49,373 nt of DNA from Candidatus Roizmanbacteria bacterium (GCA_037132015.1 JBAXPW010000001.1:1-49373), one strand, 5' to 3'; counted from the first letter of the stretch, positions 8,161-18,764 are shown. The notes: generated by a model from the letters alone, not told the origin. Numbers and translations are program-made.

Positions 8161-8457
8161 ATGTTTGGAGAAGCTCCAGAAGTAATACCACATGGTTTTG
8201 TATTAGGATATTATGATAAAACAGTAAAAACATGGCTTAGGAATCCTGCTTATTGGACGCACATTATAGAAGATAAGGGAAGGGCTGAAGAATGGGATGC
8301 GGTCAGAGTGGAAACAGAGATCCAAAATCAGTATGATGTTTTGAAAGCGCGTGCATTGCAAAAATTGGAAGAACAAGCTCAACATAGTGAAGGAGGAGAG
8401 ACAGAATTTGATTTTACTGTAGATGATAGTGCGCTATTTTTGCTACGTATTTCATAG
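8161..8457 (+). CDS. Hypothetical protein
   Basis: 98-aa ORF immediately downstream of the protease gene. No recognisable motif. Confidence 0.4.
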   Translation: MFGEAPEVIPHGFVLGYYDKTVKTWLRNPAYWTHIIEDKGRAEEWDAVRVETEIQNQYDVLKARALQKLEEQAQHSEGGETEFDFTVDDSALFLLRIS

Positions 8458-8685
8458 CATTATTATAAAGTCCACTTTATATAAGTATTGATTTTTATAA
8501 TTTACAGTCAAATAGTATTATAAATCTAAAAAGAAAAACTCTGCTTGTATTCATGGAATGAGGTGTATAATGAGTGTATATTACAAGTTATACTTTTCGC
8601 TGATTGACTTGCGATAGGTATACACGAATGTTTGTGTAACATATGAATAGGTCTGAAGGCTCTAATTTATAAATTATATAAACCT

Positions 8686-9765
8686 ATGATCGTCAGAAAC
8701 ATTATCAAAACTGACAATATTCTAACAGTCTCTCCTAATGATTATTTATCTTCTGCTTTGTCAAAGTTGACCACCTCTCATGACGCTGCATTTGTTTTTT
8801 CAGATGAAAAACAATTCCTTGGAGTAATAAATCCATATTTTTCTGTAATAAAAACTTCATACCCGGGTAATGCAAAAGTCATGCACTGTATGACACATCC
8901 TCCAAAAGTATATCTCAATTACAAGGCTGGAAAAGTCGCACAGTTGCTCACTGAGTCAAAGGTACACTATCTACCTGTTTATGATGACAAGGAAGTTTTT
9001 GCAGGGATTATATCCGCTCGTAGGTTGCTTACAAGTTTTAGAGACTCACCAATTTTTAATATCCCGTTAAATCAATTGCTTCAAAGCAAACAGCGCGTTG
9101 TTACAATACTTGAAGAAGATTCATTGTCAAAAGCGCTCAATCTTTTCAAATCATCAAAGTTATCCAAACTCGTAGTAGTTGATAAAGAAGGTCGTTTAAA
9201 AGGTGTATTGAGCTATTATGACCTCATTTCTTATCTGATAGCTCCTAAGTCAAAAGAGAGAAGAGGAGAAAAAGAAGGTACAAAAGATCACTTTCAAAGT
9301 TTGCAGGTTAAACGTTTATGTAAGACATATGTCTTGACATTAACACCTGAAAATACCATGACTGAGGCTCTTGGATTAATTCTTGATAAAAAAATTGGAA
9401 GTGTCATTGTGGTAGATCATAAACGGATTCCTTTGATAGTGGTTACGACTACAGAGTTTCTAAAGATGTTGCGTAAAGATGGACTTGCAAAACCAGTAGA
9501 ACTTACTACAAAACATATCTCCAATGAGAATCGTCCTGTACTAGGAGGATTTTTTAATTCAATTTCAGTTATGATTAAAAAAATTCCTGGGTTAGCTGGA
9601 GCAAAAATTGTGGTAAAAGAAGAAAAAAATAACAAATTGTTTCAGGTATTTTTATCTCTTTTTCCAAACAGAGGGAAGTCTGAAGTCATCAAAATTGAAG
9701 GAAAAGATCTTAGACAGGTCTTTGTTGATGTAAAGAATAAAGTAAAACGAAGATTTGTGGTATAA
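8686..9765 (+). CDS. CBS-domain-containing protein (two CBS pairs plus a C-terminal domain)
   Basis: Repeated CBS-like segments (IIKTDNILTVSPNDYL..., LPVYDDKEVFAGIISARRLL, KLVVVDKEGRLKGVLSYYDLI, GSVIVVDHKRIPLIVVTTTEFL). Confidence 0.75.
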   Translation: MIVRNIIKTDNILTVSPNDYLSSALSKLTTSHDAAFVFSDEKQFLGVINPYFSVIKTSYPGNAKVMHCMTHPPKVYLNYKAGKVAQLLTESKVHYLPVYDDKEVFAGIISARRLLTSFRDSPIFNIPLNQLLQSKQRVVTILEEDSLSKALNLFKSSKLSKLVVVDKEGRLKGVLSYYDLISYLIAPKSKERRGEKEGTKDHFQSLQVKRLCKTYVLTLTPENTMTEALGLILDKKIGSVIVVDHKRIPLIVVTTTEFLKMLRKDGLAKPVELTTKHISNENRPVLGGFFNSISVMIKKIPGLAGAKIVVKEEKNNKLFQVFLSLFPNRGKSEVIKIEGKDLRQVFVDVKNKVKRRFVV

Positions 9766-9827
9766 ATCAAATTATTTTAGTATAAACTCACGCAGAATAA
9801 AATCATGTGATATATAATAGTAAATAC

Positions 9828-11558
9828 ATGAAATATTTAACTTTGCAAAAAAAAGGATATATTTTGTTGGGGTTAATCTTGATTATTGCTACATGGTTTC
9901 GGTTTACTAATCTCAATTGGGATGAGAATTTTCATCTTCATCCCGATGAACGGTTTTTAACCATGGTAGGTAACGCAATGAAAGTTCCTCCGACAGTATC
10001 AAATTATCTTGATCCAGCGGTCTCTACACTAAATCCTGCAAACTTGAATTATACCTTTTTTGTGTATGGTACATTTCCTCTCATAATGAATAAGTTGATA
10101 GCTTTATCAACAGGAAACGATAACTATAATGGATTTACGTTGCAAGGTCGGTTTCTCTCCGCATTGTTAGATCTTTTAGTAGTTATATTTATATATGGGA
10201 TTGTAAAGTTATTAGAGAAAAAGTATTCATATCATCCCTCTTTAAAGTATTGGAGTGCATTTTTATATGCAATAGCAGTTACTCCAATACAACTCTCACA
10301 TTTTTTTGCTGTGGATACATTTATGAATACTTCATTGGTTATATCATTTTATTTTGCGTTACGATATTCGATACATAAAAAGATCATAAATGTGCCACTC
10401 TCTGGAATATTTTTTGGGCTTGCACTTGCTTCAAAAATAAGTGCAATCTTGATGATTCCTATAATAGGATTTGTTCTAGTAGCCGATCTTATACGATGGA
10501 AATTTGATACGAAAATGATACTTCAAAGAATAATAATATTGATTATTTTGTTTGGACTTGTGTCATATATCGCATTACGATTAGGAAGTCCTTATTATTT
10601 TGATTCTTCAAATATTTTCCAAATTACACCAAACAAATTATTTATGGAAAATGTTAAGCAACTTTCTTCATGGAATAATGCGGAAGTATGGTTTCCTCCA
10701 GCAGTGCAATGGATCACAAAACCTATTACTTTTATCACAACCAATTTAGCATTATATGGAGTAGGAATTCCATTTTTTATTTTTATTTTAGTAGGCATTT
10801 TGTATATATCATTTCGCATACGATCTTACGAGTTGATTTTGCTTGTTATTTGGTCCGTAGTTTTATATACGTACCAATCAGTGCAATTTGTAAAAGCTCA
10901 GAGATATATTTTTCAACTATATCCCTATTTTGCGATATTTGCAGGAATTGGAGCAACTTATCTATTTGCAGGTCTTCACAAAAATGAACGTGGATTGTTA
11001 GAATTATTGAAGAAAAAGTATCAATATTATTTTCCTGCAATATTTACAATTTGTATTGTCTCATTACTGGTGTGGCCTCTCTCATTTATGTCAATATATA
11101 TTAATAGAAACAGTCGTGTTGAAGCATCCGAATGGATAGTAGATACATTTCCAACAAACACTTTTATCGCCACAGAACATTGGGATGATCCGTTGCCTTT
11201 GCAGGTCAGAAATCCAAGAGGAATTATAGTTACTGGAGAACAGGTACCCGTGTTTGGAATGGATGAGCCAGGAAAATATATTGAGATGGAACGAATTTTT
11301 AATAAGTCTCAGTATTATATTTTGTCATCAAATAGAGCATGGGCCAGTATTCAATCAGCACCAAAAAAATTTCCTCAGATGTCTATATTTTATAAAGATC
11401 TATTTGCTGGTAAAAAGCAGTTTATTATAGAAAAAGAATTTACATCATATCCTTCACTAAAATGGCTTGGTATTCCTATAGAATTTAATACCGATGGAGC
11501 TGATGAAACATTTACAGTATATGATCATCCAAAAGTAATAGTGATGAAGAAAAAATAA
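9828..11558 (+). CDS. Polytopic GT-C-fold membrane protein (ArnT/PMT-like or DUF2298-like glycosyltransferase)
   Basis: More than 10 predicted TM segments. The first-loop acidic motif HLHPDERF resembles GT-C / DUF2298 proteins. The track ORF starts at GTG 9807; ATG 9828 was chosen. Confidence 0.6.
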   Translation: MKYLTLQKKGYILLGLILIIATWFRFTNLNWDENFHLHPDERFLTMVGNAMKVPPTVSNYLDPAVSTLNPANLNYTFFVYGTFPLIMNKLIALSTGNDNYNGFTLQGRFLSALLDLLVVIFIYGIVKLLEKKYSYHPSLKYWSAFLYAIAVTPIQLSHFFAVDTFMNTSLVISFYFALRYSIHKKIINVPLSGIFFGLALASKISAILMIPIIGFVLVADLIRWKFDTKMILQRIIILIILFGLVSYIALRLGSPYYFDSSNIFQITPNKLFMENVKQLSSWNNAEVWFPPAVQWITKPITFITTNLALYGVGIPFFIFILVGILYISFRIRSYELILLVIWSVVLYTYQSVQFVKAQRYIFQLYPYFAIFAGIGATYLFAGLHKNERGLLELLKKKYQYYFPAIFTICIVSLLVWPLSFMSIYINRNSRVEASEWIVDTFPTNTFIATEHWDDPLPLQVRNPRGIIVTGEQVPVFGMDEPGKYIEMERIFNKSQYYILSSNRAWASIQSAPKKFPQMSIFYKDLFAGKKQFIIEKEFTSYPSLKWLGIPIEFNTDGADETFTVYDHPKVIVMKKK

Positions 11559-11574
11559 TTTTTAGTATATCCAT

Positions 11575-12324
11575 ATGTATAAGAAAGTTCCGTATTATTT
11601 GAAGGTTATTCGAGTACTGTTGTGTGAGTTAGTAAATCCTTTTGATTGTATAAATCTATTTGTAAATAAGGAAATAGTATTAGAATTTAAGAACGGGATA
11701 AAATTATATTGTAAGGAGATAATAGAGCTCCTCATTATTTACGAAACAATGTTTCGTGATGATTATAAGGTTCATGATTTGAAAAATCCAAAATATATTA
11801 TTGATGTGGGTGGTGGAATAGGAGATTTTAGTGTTTTTTGTGCTCACAGATTTCCTGAGGCTATTGTTACTGTTTTTGAGCCGGGAAAGGCATCATTTAA
11901 GTTATTAAAAAAGAATATTTTAGTAAATAAATTGAAAAATGTAGTACCGATAGAAGCGGCTGTAGGGAATGATCCTGAATATAAACTATTTATGGATGAA
12001 AAAAATGCTCAAAATTCGACTAATAATTATAAAAATTTTCAAAGATCAATTACAGTAAAAGGTATGAAATTGGATGATGTTATCAAAGATCATGTTGACT
12101 TACTTAAACTTGATTGTGAAGGTGGAGAATATGAAATACTCCAAAATTTATCATTATCAGCATATAAAAAAATACGTTCAATTTCGATTGAATATCACAA
12201 TCATATAATTGCGGATGAAGATATAAAAATAGCAAAAATATTAAAAGAAAAAGGTTATATTATTCATTCAAAACACGATCCATATAATCAAAATATAGGT
12301 TATATGTATGCACAGAAGAACTAA
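11575..12324 (+). CDS. FkbM-family methyltransferase
   Basis: IIDVGGGIGDFSVF (motif I), VTVFEP, and the KLDCEGGEYEIL motif typical of FkbM-type methyltransferases. Confidence 0.8.
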   Translation: MYKKVPYYLKVIRVLLCELVNPFDCINLFVNKEIVLEFKNGIKLYCKEIIELLIIYETMFRDDYKVHDLKNPKYIIDVGGGIGDFSVFCAHRFPEAIVTVFEPGKASFKLLKKNILVNKLKNVVPIEAAVGNDPEYKLFMDEKNAQNSTNNYKNFQRSITVKGMKLDDVIKDHVDLLKLDCEGGEYEILQNLSLSAYKKIRSISIEYHNHIIADEDIKIAKILKEKGYIIHSKHDPYNQNIGYMYAQKN

Positions 12325-12335
12325 CTTTTTACAGT

Positions 12336-13118
12336 CTACTTTTTCAATACATAAAATAGTGCAGAGGAATCTTGAGGCTCTACATCAATGTCAAGTTTAT
12401 CTACAATAAATTTTGGTAGTCCTAACAATTCAGCTAATCGGGGGAAAAGCACCCATCTGTTTAATAGCTTATGAGAAATAAGTGAAGGGGTAGAGATATA
12501 ATGTGAAAGCTCAAGATATTGTGTTGTTCGCTTTGATAAATACCCAGTGATAGATGCGATCTTAAATCCAGCATTCTTAAAGGATTGTGACCATTCTTCT
12601 TCTGACAATAAATTAAGATGAACTTGATTCATACGAAACCAATTTGCATAACTTTTTCCAATAAATTTTTTATCGCTCATATATTCGTTCCATTTATTTG
12701 TCATCACAGATGTGATCAAATATCCTCCCGGTTTGAGTATTCGATGAATTTCTTTTAGATTTCCATTTAGATCAGGTAAGTGTTCCATCACACAATTTGA
12801 TACGACAGATTGGAATGAATTATTTTTGAAGGGAATAGTAGTTCCATCATACATTCTTACCTCGTCATAGATGTTATTTTTATATGCTTCGAGAATTCGA
12901 CTATTTAATACATCCAGACCAACATCAAGTTTATTTTGAAATGCTACCTTTGCAAAAAAGCCATCTCCACATCCAAAATCGAGAACAGGTCCCTTTATAT
13001 ATTCTTTGTTTTTGCGGAATAAATATGCTTCTTGTGGTCGAATAAATGAAAAAAAGAGGGGTCGTTCACGAAGGTAGGGGATTGTATATAAGTTAAGTAA
13101 TGCTTTAGAATTATTCAT
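12336..13118 (-). CDS. Class I SAM-dependent methyltransferase (Methyltransf_11-like)
   Basis: VLDFGCGDGFFA motif I, VVSNCVMEHL, and LKPGGYLI. Confidence 0.85.
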   Translation of the reverse strand: MNNSKALLNLYTIPYLRERPLFFSFIRPQEAYLFRKNKEYIKGPVLDFGCGDGFFAKVAFQNKLDVGLDVLNSRILEAYKNNIYDEVRMYDGTTIPFKNNSFQSVVSNCVMEHLPDLNGNLKEIHRILKPGGYLITSVMTNKWNEYMSDKKFIGKSYANWFRMNQVHLNLLSEEEWSQSFKNAGFKIASITGYLSKRTTQYLELSHYISTPSLISHKLLNRWVLFPRLAELLGLPKFIVDKLDIDVEPQDSSALFYVLKK

Positions 13119-13121
13119 ATA

Positions 13122-14249
13122 TCAGGCTAGTATATCATCAAATAGTTGTAATGTGTGAGATGGATTAAAAATTTCTTGTGCTGTTTTTCTTTGATCAATG
13201 GAAGAGTACTGATCTTTATTTTTTAATATTTCAGTAATTGCTTTTTGAATATCATTTACACTTTTTGGTTCAACAATAATCCCCATTCCTGTTTTTCTTA
13301 TAGGTTCTCTAACTCCGGGAAGATTACTTGCGATAACAGGAGTGCCAAGTTGTTGCGCTTCTATCTGAACTATTCCAAATGCTTCTGTTTGATTAGTTGA
13401 TGGTAATATTAAGATATCAATAGCTTTATAGTAAGCCCCAAGATTTCCTTCTTTCATTGATCCTAAAAATGTAAACTTTAATTTACTAATTTTCAAACGG
13501 TTTAAGATTTCAATATAATATCTTTCCTCACCTGCGACGTTTTTTCCATAGGGTCCTGCGCAAACAAAACGTATATTTGGATTGTTTATGCTAGAAATTG
13601 CATCAATTAAAAATTCTATTCCTTTTTCACGTGCTACTCTACCTGCATAGCCTATCCATATTTCATTTCCCTTCCGTTTTTTTAAGAATGATAATTTTTC
13701 AGTATCAACAGGCGGGGGAGGAAATGGTGGATATCCAAACTGTATTTTCTTATCAAATTGTTTCATCATAGGAATACTATTTACATAATCTCTTGTATAA
13801 CAAAAGATAGTATCTGAAAGTAATAATTGAAGAAATACAGAATAATTCAGGATGCTATTAATAATTTTTGCAAATGGTGTCTCTCCTAAGAATACATGAC
13901 AATGATATATTGAAACAATTTTTTTGTTAAATAGTTTGCCTAATATTGCGAGAGGTATTCCCTCGGCATTGGGAAGGTTGAGAAAAATAATATTTGATCT
14001 CAATATTTCTCTAAAAAAAAATATGAGGCTCTGTGGCGAGATATATCCTTTGGAAATTTTAAACATATATGGCATTCTTTGAATAGAAATATTATTATAT
14101 ATTTCTTGTTTTTTATGCGAAGAAGAATAGGGAAAAGTTAATACTGTTACGTCATGTTTTTGTCCCAGATGTTCAAGAACAACAAGAGGATAGGTTGTAA
14201 GACCAGAAATATAAGGATAAAAATATGATGAATAGAGAAGTATCTTCAT
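13122..14249 (-). CDS. GT4-family (GT-B fold) glycosyltransferase
   Basis: C-terminal EX7E-type region (ILILPSTNQTEAFGIVQIEAQQLGTPVIASNLPGVRE) and a GRVAREKG motif. Confidence 0.85.
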   Translation of the reverse strand: MKILLYSSYFYPYISGLTTYPLVVLEHLGQKHDVTVLTFPYSSSHKKQEIYNNISIQRMPYMFKISKGYISPQSLIFFFREILRSNIIFLNLPNAEGIPLAILGKLFNKKIVSIYHCHVFLGETPFAKIINSILNYSVFLQLLLSDTIFCYTRDYVNSIPMMKQFDKKIQFGYPPFPPPPVDTEKLSFLKKRKGNEIWIGYAGRVAREKGIEFLIDAISSINNPNIRFVCAGPYGKNVAGEERYYIEILNRLKISKLKFTFLGSMKEGNLGAYYKAIDILILPSTNQTEAFGIVQIEAQQLGTPVIASNLPGVREPIRKTGMGIIVEPKSVNDIQKAITEILKNKDQYSSIDQRKTAQEIFNPSHTLQLFDDILA

Positions 14250-14845
14250 GTTATTTTTTTATTCAGATTATGTATCGTTGAGATATGTTGGATAGCTTTT
14301 CGCAAACTTGGAAATTTATTTTCAAACACATCTTTTCTATCTAGAATATTATAAATCCATAATGATTTTGTTTTTATTCTTCCTTTTTGGTTCTGTGAAG
14401 TAAGATGTCTGACAATATCGAGATTGTCTTCGACAAAATAATCAAGGTCGAGTGATTGTATCATTTTTTCTTTGTAAATATGTGGTTGTTCATCATTTGT
14501 ATTATGAAAATACGCTTCAACAAATGTATCTGCTTTTGATTTGCTAATCCATTTTTCAAAATCATCTTTAAGAAAGCTATATCGTGCAGTAATGATATAA
14601 ACTTTTACTAATTTTTTGTCTGCAAGTTTTTGAATATCTCTAAATCCCGGGGCGACGTAAAGACTAGATTTATGAAAAAGGAGCCATAATTGTTTTTCCC
14701 ATGGTTTTTTGGGAATGTAGAATTTGGTTTTTTTTATTCCGAGTTGATTTTTGATTAGTGCAATTAATGGGCGTATGATACGAGCGGGATTATAAAGTAT
14801 AACACCATCTAGGTCGAGCCCAATTCTCAAGGGTTGCTTAGTCAT
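14246..14845 (-). CDS. HAD-superfamily hydrolase-like protein
   Basis: DxDGV motif I (GLDLDGVIL) near the N-terminus. Its stop overlaps the start of the downstream GT4 gene by 4 nt (14246-14249), which suggests an operon. Confidence 0.55.
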   Translation of the reverse strand: MTKQPLRIGLDLDGVILYNPARIIRPLIALIKNQLGIKKTKFYIPKKPWEKQLWLLFHKSSLYVAPGFRDIQKLADKKLVKVYIITARYSFLKDDFEKWISKSKADTFVEAYFHNTNDEQPHIYKEKMIQSLDLDYFVEDNLDIVRHLTSQNQKGRIKTKSLWIYNILDRKDVFENKFPSLRKAIQHISTIHNLNKKIT

Positions 14846-14884
14846 TTGAATATTATACTATAACAAAGTACAATTACATTCTAT

Positions 14885-15748
14885 ATGCTACCAGTTTTAT
14901 TAGATCTAAAATTCATCAAAATTTATACGTTTGGCGTATTTCTTGTTTTGGCATTTTTTTGGGCTTTATTTCTTCTGTGGAGAAACGTACGACTAACTTC
15001 TCACAAAGAAGAAGACATATTTGATGTTACTCTAATATCTCTTATTGGCGCATTTATTATTGGTAGAGCAGTCTATGTAACTGCACATTTTAGTGATTTT
15101 GGTTGGGATTTCGCTAAAATTCTATTTGTTAATGGATATCCCGGTATTTCTTTTTTTGGAATGTTGAGTGGTGGTATCTTATTTTTTACTATCCTATTGC
15201 AGATGAGAAAAATTAAGATAATTGAGACTTTAGATTATGTTGTCGGACCGTTATTATTAGCACTTGCATTTGGAAAGTTGGGAAGCTTTTTTGCAGGAGT
15301 TGAGGTTGGTACTAAGACAACCTTTATTCTTGCATTGAGATATGTGAATTTTGATGGTATGAGGCATTTGACTCCTTTATATGAGTCAATAATTTTCTTT
15401 TTGGGAGCTTATTTAGTTCAGATATTTTTGTACAAAATTCGTCGTGAACATCTTAAAAAAGGATTTGCTTTTTTTTTCTTTTGTTGGTATGCTAGCATCG
15501 TACTTTTTTTCTTAGATCCATTGAAAGAGGGGACAGTTAAGATAGGTAATATAAACCTCTATATGGTGTTATCAGGTGTTGTTCTCTTGACGACAAGCAT
15601 ATATATCGTATACTATTATCGAAGCTCTATAATTAAGAGCTTTCCCTTGATTAAAATTTTTTCAAATAAAAATGGCAAATCATCTAACAAAACAATTTCT
15701 AATACAGCAGGAAAAAAAACTCCAGAACGAAAAGATAAAGATTCTTGA
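14885..15748 (+). CDS. lgt: Prolipoprotein diacylglyceryl transferase (divergent)
   Basis: Polytopic membrane protein with an Lgt-like N-terminus (IKIYTFGVFLVLAFFWALFL) and the HLTPLYESIIFFLG motif (compare HPxQLYE in Lgt). Confidence 0.7.
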   Translation: MLPVLLDLKFIKIYTFGVFLVLAFFWALFLLWRNVRLTSHKEEDIFDVTLISLIGAFIIGRAVYVTAHFSDFGWDFAKILFVNGYPGISFFGMLSGGILFFTILLQMRKIKIIETLDYVVGPLLLALAFGKLGSFFAGVEVGTKTTFILALRYVNFDGMRHLTPLYESIIFFLGAYLVQIFLYKIRREHLKKGFAFFFFCWYASIVLFFLDPLKEGTVKIGNINLYMVLSGVVLLTTSIYIVYYYRSSIIKSFPLIKIFSNKNGKSSNKTISNTAGKKTPERKDKDS

Positions 15749-16016
15749 ACAGATTGCAAAAATGAAGATGGATGATCCATTTTCTGACCCTGATCATGCC
15801 ATAGATAATGCAGCTGTTGATACGGATGTTCGTGAGCAGGAATACCATCTTGTACTCGAAGCAGAGATGAAACAATTTGAAAGTAGACTTGAAGATATTG
15901 AGATTGCTTTAAATAAAATCGTAAAAGGAACCTATGGATATTGTGAAAAATCAAATAAATTAATTCCAAAGGAACGCCTTGAACTCATTCCTGAGGCTCG
16001 TTTTATTGTTGAGTAA
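15672..16016 (+). CDS. DksA/TraR-family protein with a degenerate zinc finger
   Basis: Coiled-coil N-terminus followed by GTYGYCEKSNKLIPKERLELIPEARF, where only one of the four canonical Cys residues is retained. Overlaps the tail of lgt by 77 nt. Confidence 0.6.
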   Translation: MANHLTKQFLIQQEKKLQNEKIKILEQIAKMKMDDPFSDPDHAIDNAAVDTDVREQEYHLVLEAEMKQFESRLEDIEIALNKIVKGTYGYCEKSNKLIPKERLELIPEARFIVE

Positions 16017-16042
16017 CGCACAGCACTTCTGTATAGTAAAGT

Positions 16043-17779
16043 ATGATTCAAAGTATTTCTTCACAGGTTTTTATTAATCTGTTATTGTATCTACTAATCC
16101 CATTTTTATTTGGTTTATTAGCCAAAAAGTTAAAGGTATCTCCGATTATTGGATATTTGATTGGGGGAATTATTCTTGGTTCATTTTTCTCTCGTTTGTT
16201 GTCTCTTGAGATGATCAATTCGATAGCCACCATCGGAATTGCACTACTCATGTTTACAACAGGGCTCGAACTCAAACTGGATCGGATAATGATGATGAAA
16301 CAGTTTATCTTCTTTGGTGGAATTATTCAGATTGTTCTCACTGCATTTGTCGCGATGATATGTAGTATGTTTTTTGGATTTTCTCTTTTAGCTTCATTTT
16401 TAATAGGTATTGCCTTCAGTTCTTCTTCAACCACTCTTGTTGCAAAAATCATTCAGGAAAGGGGAGAAGAGTCGTCGTTCATTGGCGAATTGGCAGTGGG
16501 CTTTCTCATGTTTCAGGATCTATTCTTTATCCCAGTTTTAATATTATTTGCATATTTAAATGGTGTAGCAGTTTCTCCAATATTGGTTGTCAAAGATGTA
16601 ATTTTTGGTCTTATTGAAGCTGGAATTGTTCTTTGGGTCTTGTTTTATATAGGTAAACGATTTGTTCCAGTGATGTTTGATCGAATGGCAAAAAATTCAC
16701 GTGAATTATTAAATATATTTATCATAATATTTGTATTGACAGTTGCGTTTATAGCATCAAATTTTGGCATCTCTCTCTTTACCTCGGCATTTATAGCAGG
16801 AGTATTGGTATCGCAGACCTCTGAACATTATCATATTTTTTCACAGATACGTCCAATACGAGATTTACTTGCAATCGTTTTTTTTGTTTTTATCGGCACG
16901 CATATTTATTTGATGGATTTGATAGTGTCTCTTCCCAAAATTCTTCTTTATAGTTTGATTATTATGATAGCAAAGGGAATTATCATACTGATTATTTTTC
17001 TCTATATGAAATTTAGTTCTAGAATAGCATTTGGTATGGCCTTTTTCCTCTTTCAAATTAGTGAGAATGCATATATTTTGATGTCAATAGCTCATAATAA
17101 TAAAATTATTTCCAAAGAGCAGTATTTGATTGTTAATGCTACTGTATTAATGGGGCTCATAGTTACACCGATATTGATACATTACAAGGAAGTTATTTAT
17201 TCACATCTACGAGCATTTATTCAAAAGCATATCCCTGCAATAAATTTGCTAATAAAAAATCGTTTGGATTTTGATCGCTTACCAAACGAAACAATAAATA
17301 TGAAAGACCATATTGTTATTTGTGGATACGGTCGAGTAGGAATGTATATTGGTCGAGCTTTACAATTAGCTGGAATACCATTTATTGCTATCGATTATAA
17401 TTATCATACAGTTGCAAGAGCAAAAAGAAGTGGAATCAATATTATCTTCGGTGATCCAATGGATATTGATATACTAGACTATGCACAGGTTGATAAAGCG
17501 CATGCCATTGTATCAGTGGTAAGAGAGAGATTTGCTCAAGAGACGATTGTGATGACAGCTAAAAAACTTAACCCTGATATTATCGTGATCAGTAGGATTC
17601 ATACTCAGATGCAACAACAACGGATGCAAGATTTGGGAGTGCAAATTGTGGTGCAACCTGAACTTGAGGCCTCGTATTCGATTATCAAAAAATTATTTTA
17701 TATTGCTGGTCTTTCGAAAGAAGACATGCTAATAAAGCTTAGAAATTTTCAACAAGAACAGGGAAGCGTATATTATTAA
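16043..17779 (+). CDS. Kef-type monovalent cation:proton antiporter with a C-terminal RCK/TrkA-N domain
   Basis: About 12 TM segments of the CPA2 type, followed by a Rossmann motif (IVICGYGRVGMYIGRAL). Confidence 0.85.
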   Translation: MIQSISSQVFINLLLYLLIPFLFGLLAKKLKVSPIIGYLIGGIILGSFFSRLLSLEMINSIATIGIALLMFTTGLELKLDRIMMMKQFIFFGGIIQIVLTAFVAMICSMFFGFSLLASFLIGIAFSSSSTTLVAKIIQERGEESSFIGELAVGFLMFQDLFFIPVLILFAYLNGVAVSPILVVKDVIFGLIEAGIVLWVLFYIGKRFVPVMFDRMAKNSRELLNIFIIIFVLTVAFIASNFGISLFTSAFIAGVLVSQTSEHYHIFSQIRPIRDLLAIVFFVFIGTHIYLMDLIVSLPKILLYSLIIMIAKGIIILIIFLYMKFSSRIAFGMAFFLFQISENAYILMSIAHNNKIISKEQYLIVNATVLMGLIVTPILIHYKEVIYSHLRAFIQKHIPAINLLIKNRLDFDRLPNETINMKDHIVICGYGRVGMYIGRALQLAGIPFIAIDYNYHTVARAKRSGINIIFGDPMDIDILDYAQVDKAHAIVSVVRERFAQETIVMTAKKLNPDIIVISRIHTQMQQQRMQDLGVQIVVQPELEASYSIIKKLFYIAGLSKEDMLIKLRNFQQEQGSVYY

Positions 17780-17816
17780 TTATTAGCTAAGAATTTAGAA
17801 TTAGGAATTTTCTATC

Positions 17817-18764
17817 ATGAAAAAGAAGCATTATAAACAGAAAGAAGAAATAGTACCAGTAATAATAAAAAAGTCAGGTAAAAAACGTTGGCTTATATTA
17901 GGTTTTTGTCTTTGTCTGTCCATTTATTCTATATTTGTACTATTCCGTGATTATCAAAAATCTAGTTTTTATAGTTATACAGACCGTGTTAATATAGTTG
18001 TGTTTGGGAAAAAGACCAATTTTTACTCACTTGGTATGAGTGATAATATAAATTATATGGTTTCATATTATCCCGATATGAGGGTTGAAGTTCCTGGTGG
18101 ATATGGGTTATATAGGATTGGAGCTTTAGGAAAGTTTCTTAAATTGGAAAAAAATCCTGAGCTGTTAAAACGGACATTTTCATCTGTTACTTCTACATTT
18201 ATCACCTATTATTTTTATGATTCAAATGATGAGATATATTATGGAAAAGATCGAGACACAAGCGCAAATATGCCTTCAATGCAAAGTATTTTATTTAGTA
18301 ACTCAAATGCAAATATAGTAGACAGACTTGCAATTTTATTTGCTTTTTCTCAAAAAAAATCTCAGGATATCAGGTTGTTGACTCGTCTTCGTACTGAGAC
18401 CGATGAAATGGATGATATTGTATTTAATGAAAAATCATTTCGCGACTTATATCTTGGATATTTTTATCAAAATACGTATAGAAGAGAAAAAAATAATATA
18501 CAAATAGTATATGGAAAAAGTTATAAAACGGTTCAACGTATGAGTGATCTTCTCGAAGGAAATGGCATTCGAGTAAGTGATTACACCTATTCTGACAATC
18601 CAAAACGATTATGCCAAATTGTTGAAGATAAAGACATTGTATCCCAGACAGCAAAAGGACTTTCACGGTATTTTGGTTGTCAAATTGTACGAGGAAATAC
18701 CGATATCTATGATATTATCTTTCATCTAGGTGATAAAGAAAGGGATTGGCAAGTGAGTTCGTAA
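17817..18764 (+). CDS. Membrane-anchored hypothetical protein, weakly LCP (LytR-CpsA-Psr)-like
   Basis: Single N-terminal TM. VNIVVFGKK...MVSYYPDMRVEVPGGYGLYRIGAL loosely resembles the LCP core. Confidence 0.3.
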   Translation: MKKKHYKQKEEIVPVIIKKSGKKRWLILGFCLCLSIYSIFVLFRDYQKSSFYSYTDRVNIVVFGKKTNFYSLGMSDNINYMVSYYPDMRVEVPGGYGLYRIGALGKFLKLEKNPELLKRTFSSVTSTFITYYFYDSNDEIYYGKDRDTSANMPSMQSILFSNSNANIVDRLAILFAFSQKKSQDIRLLTRLRTETDEMDDIVFNEKSFRDLYLGYFYQNTYRREKNNIQIVYGKSYKTVQRMSDLLEGNGIRVSDYTYSDNPKRLCQIVEDKDIVSQTAKGLSRYFGCQIVRGNTDIYDIIFHLGDKERDWQVSS

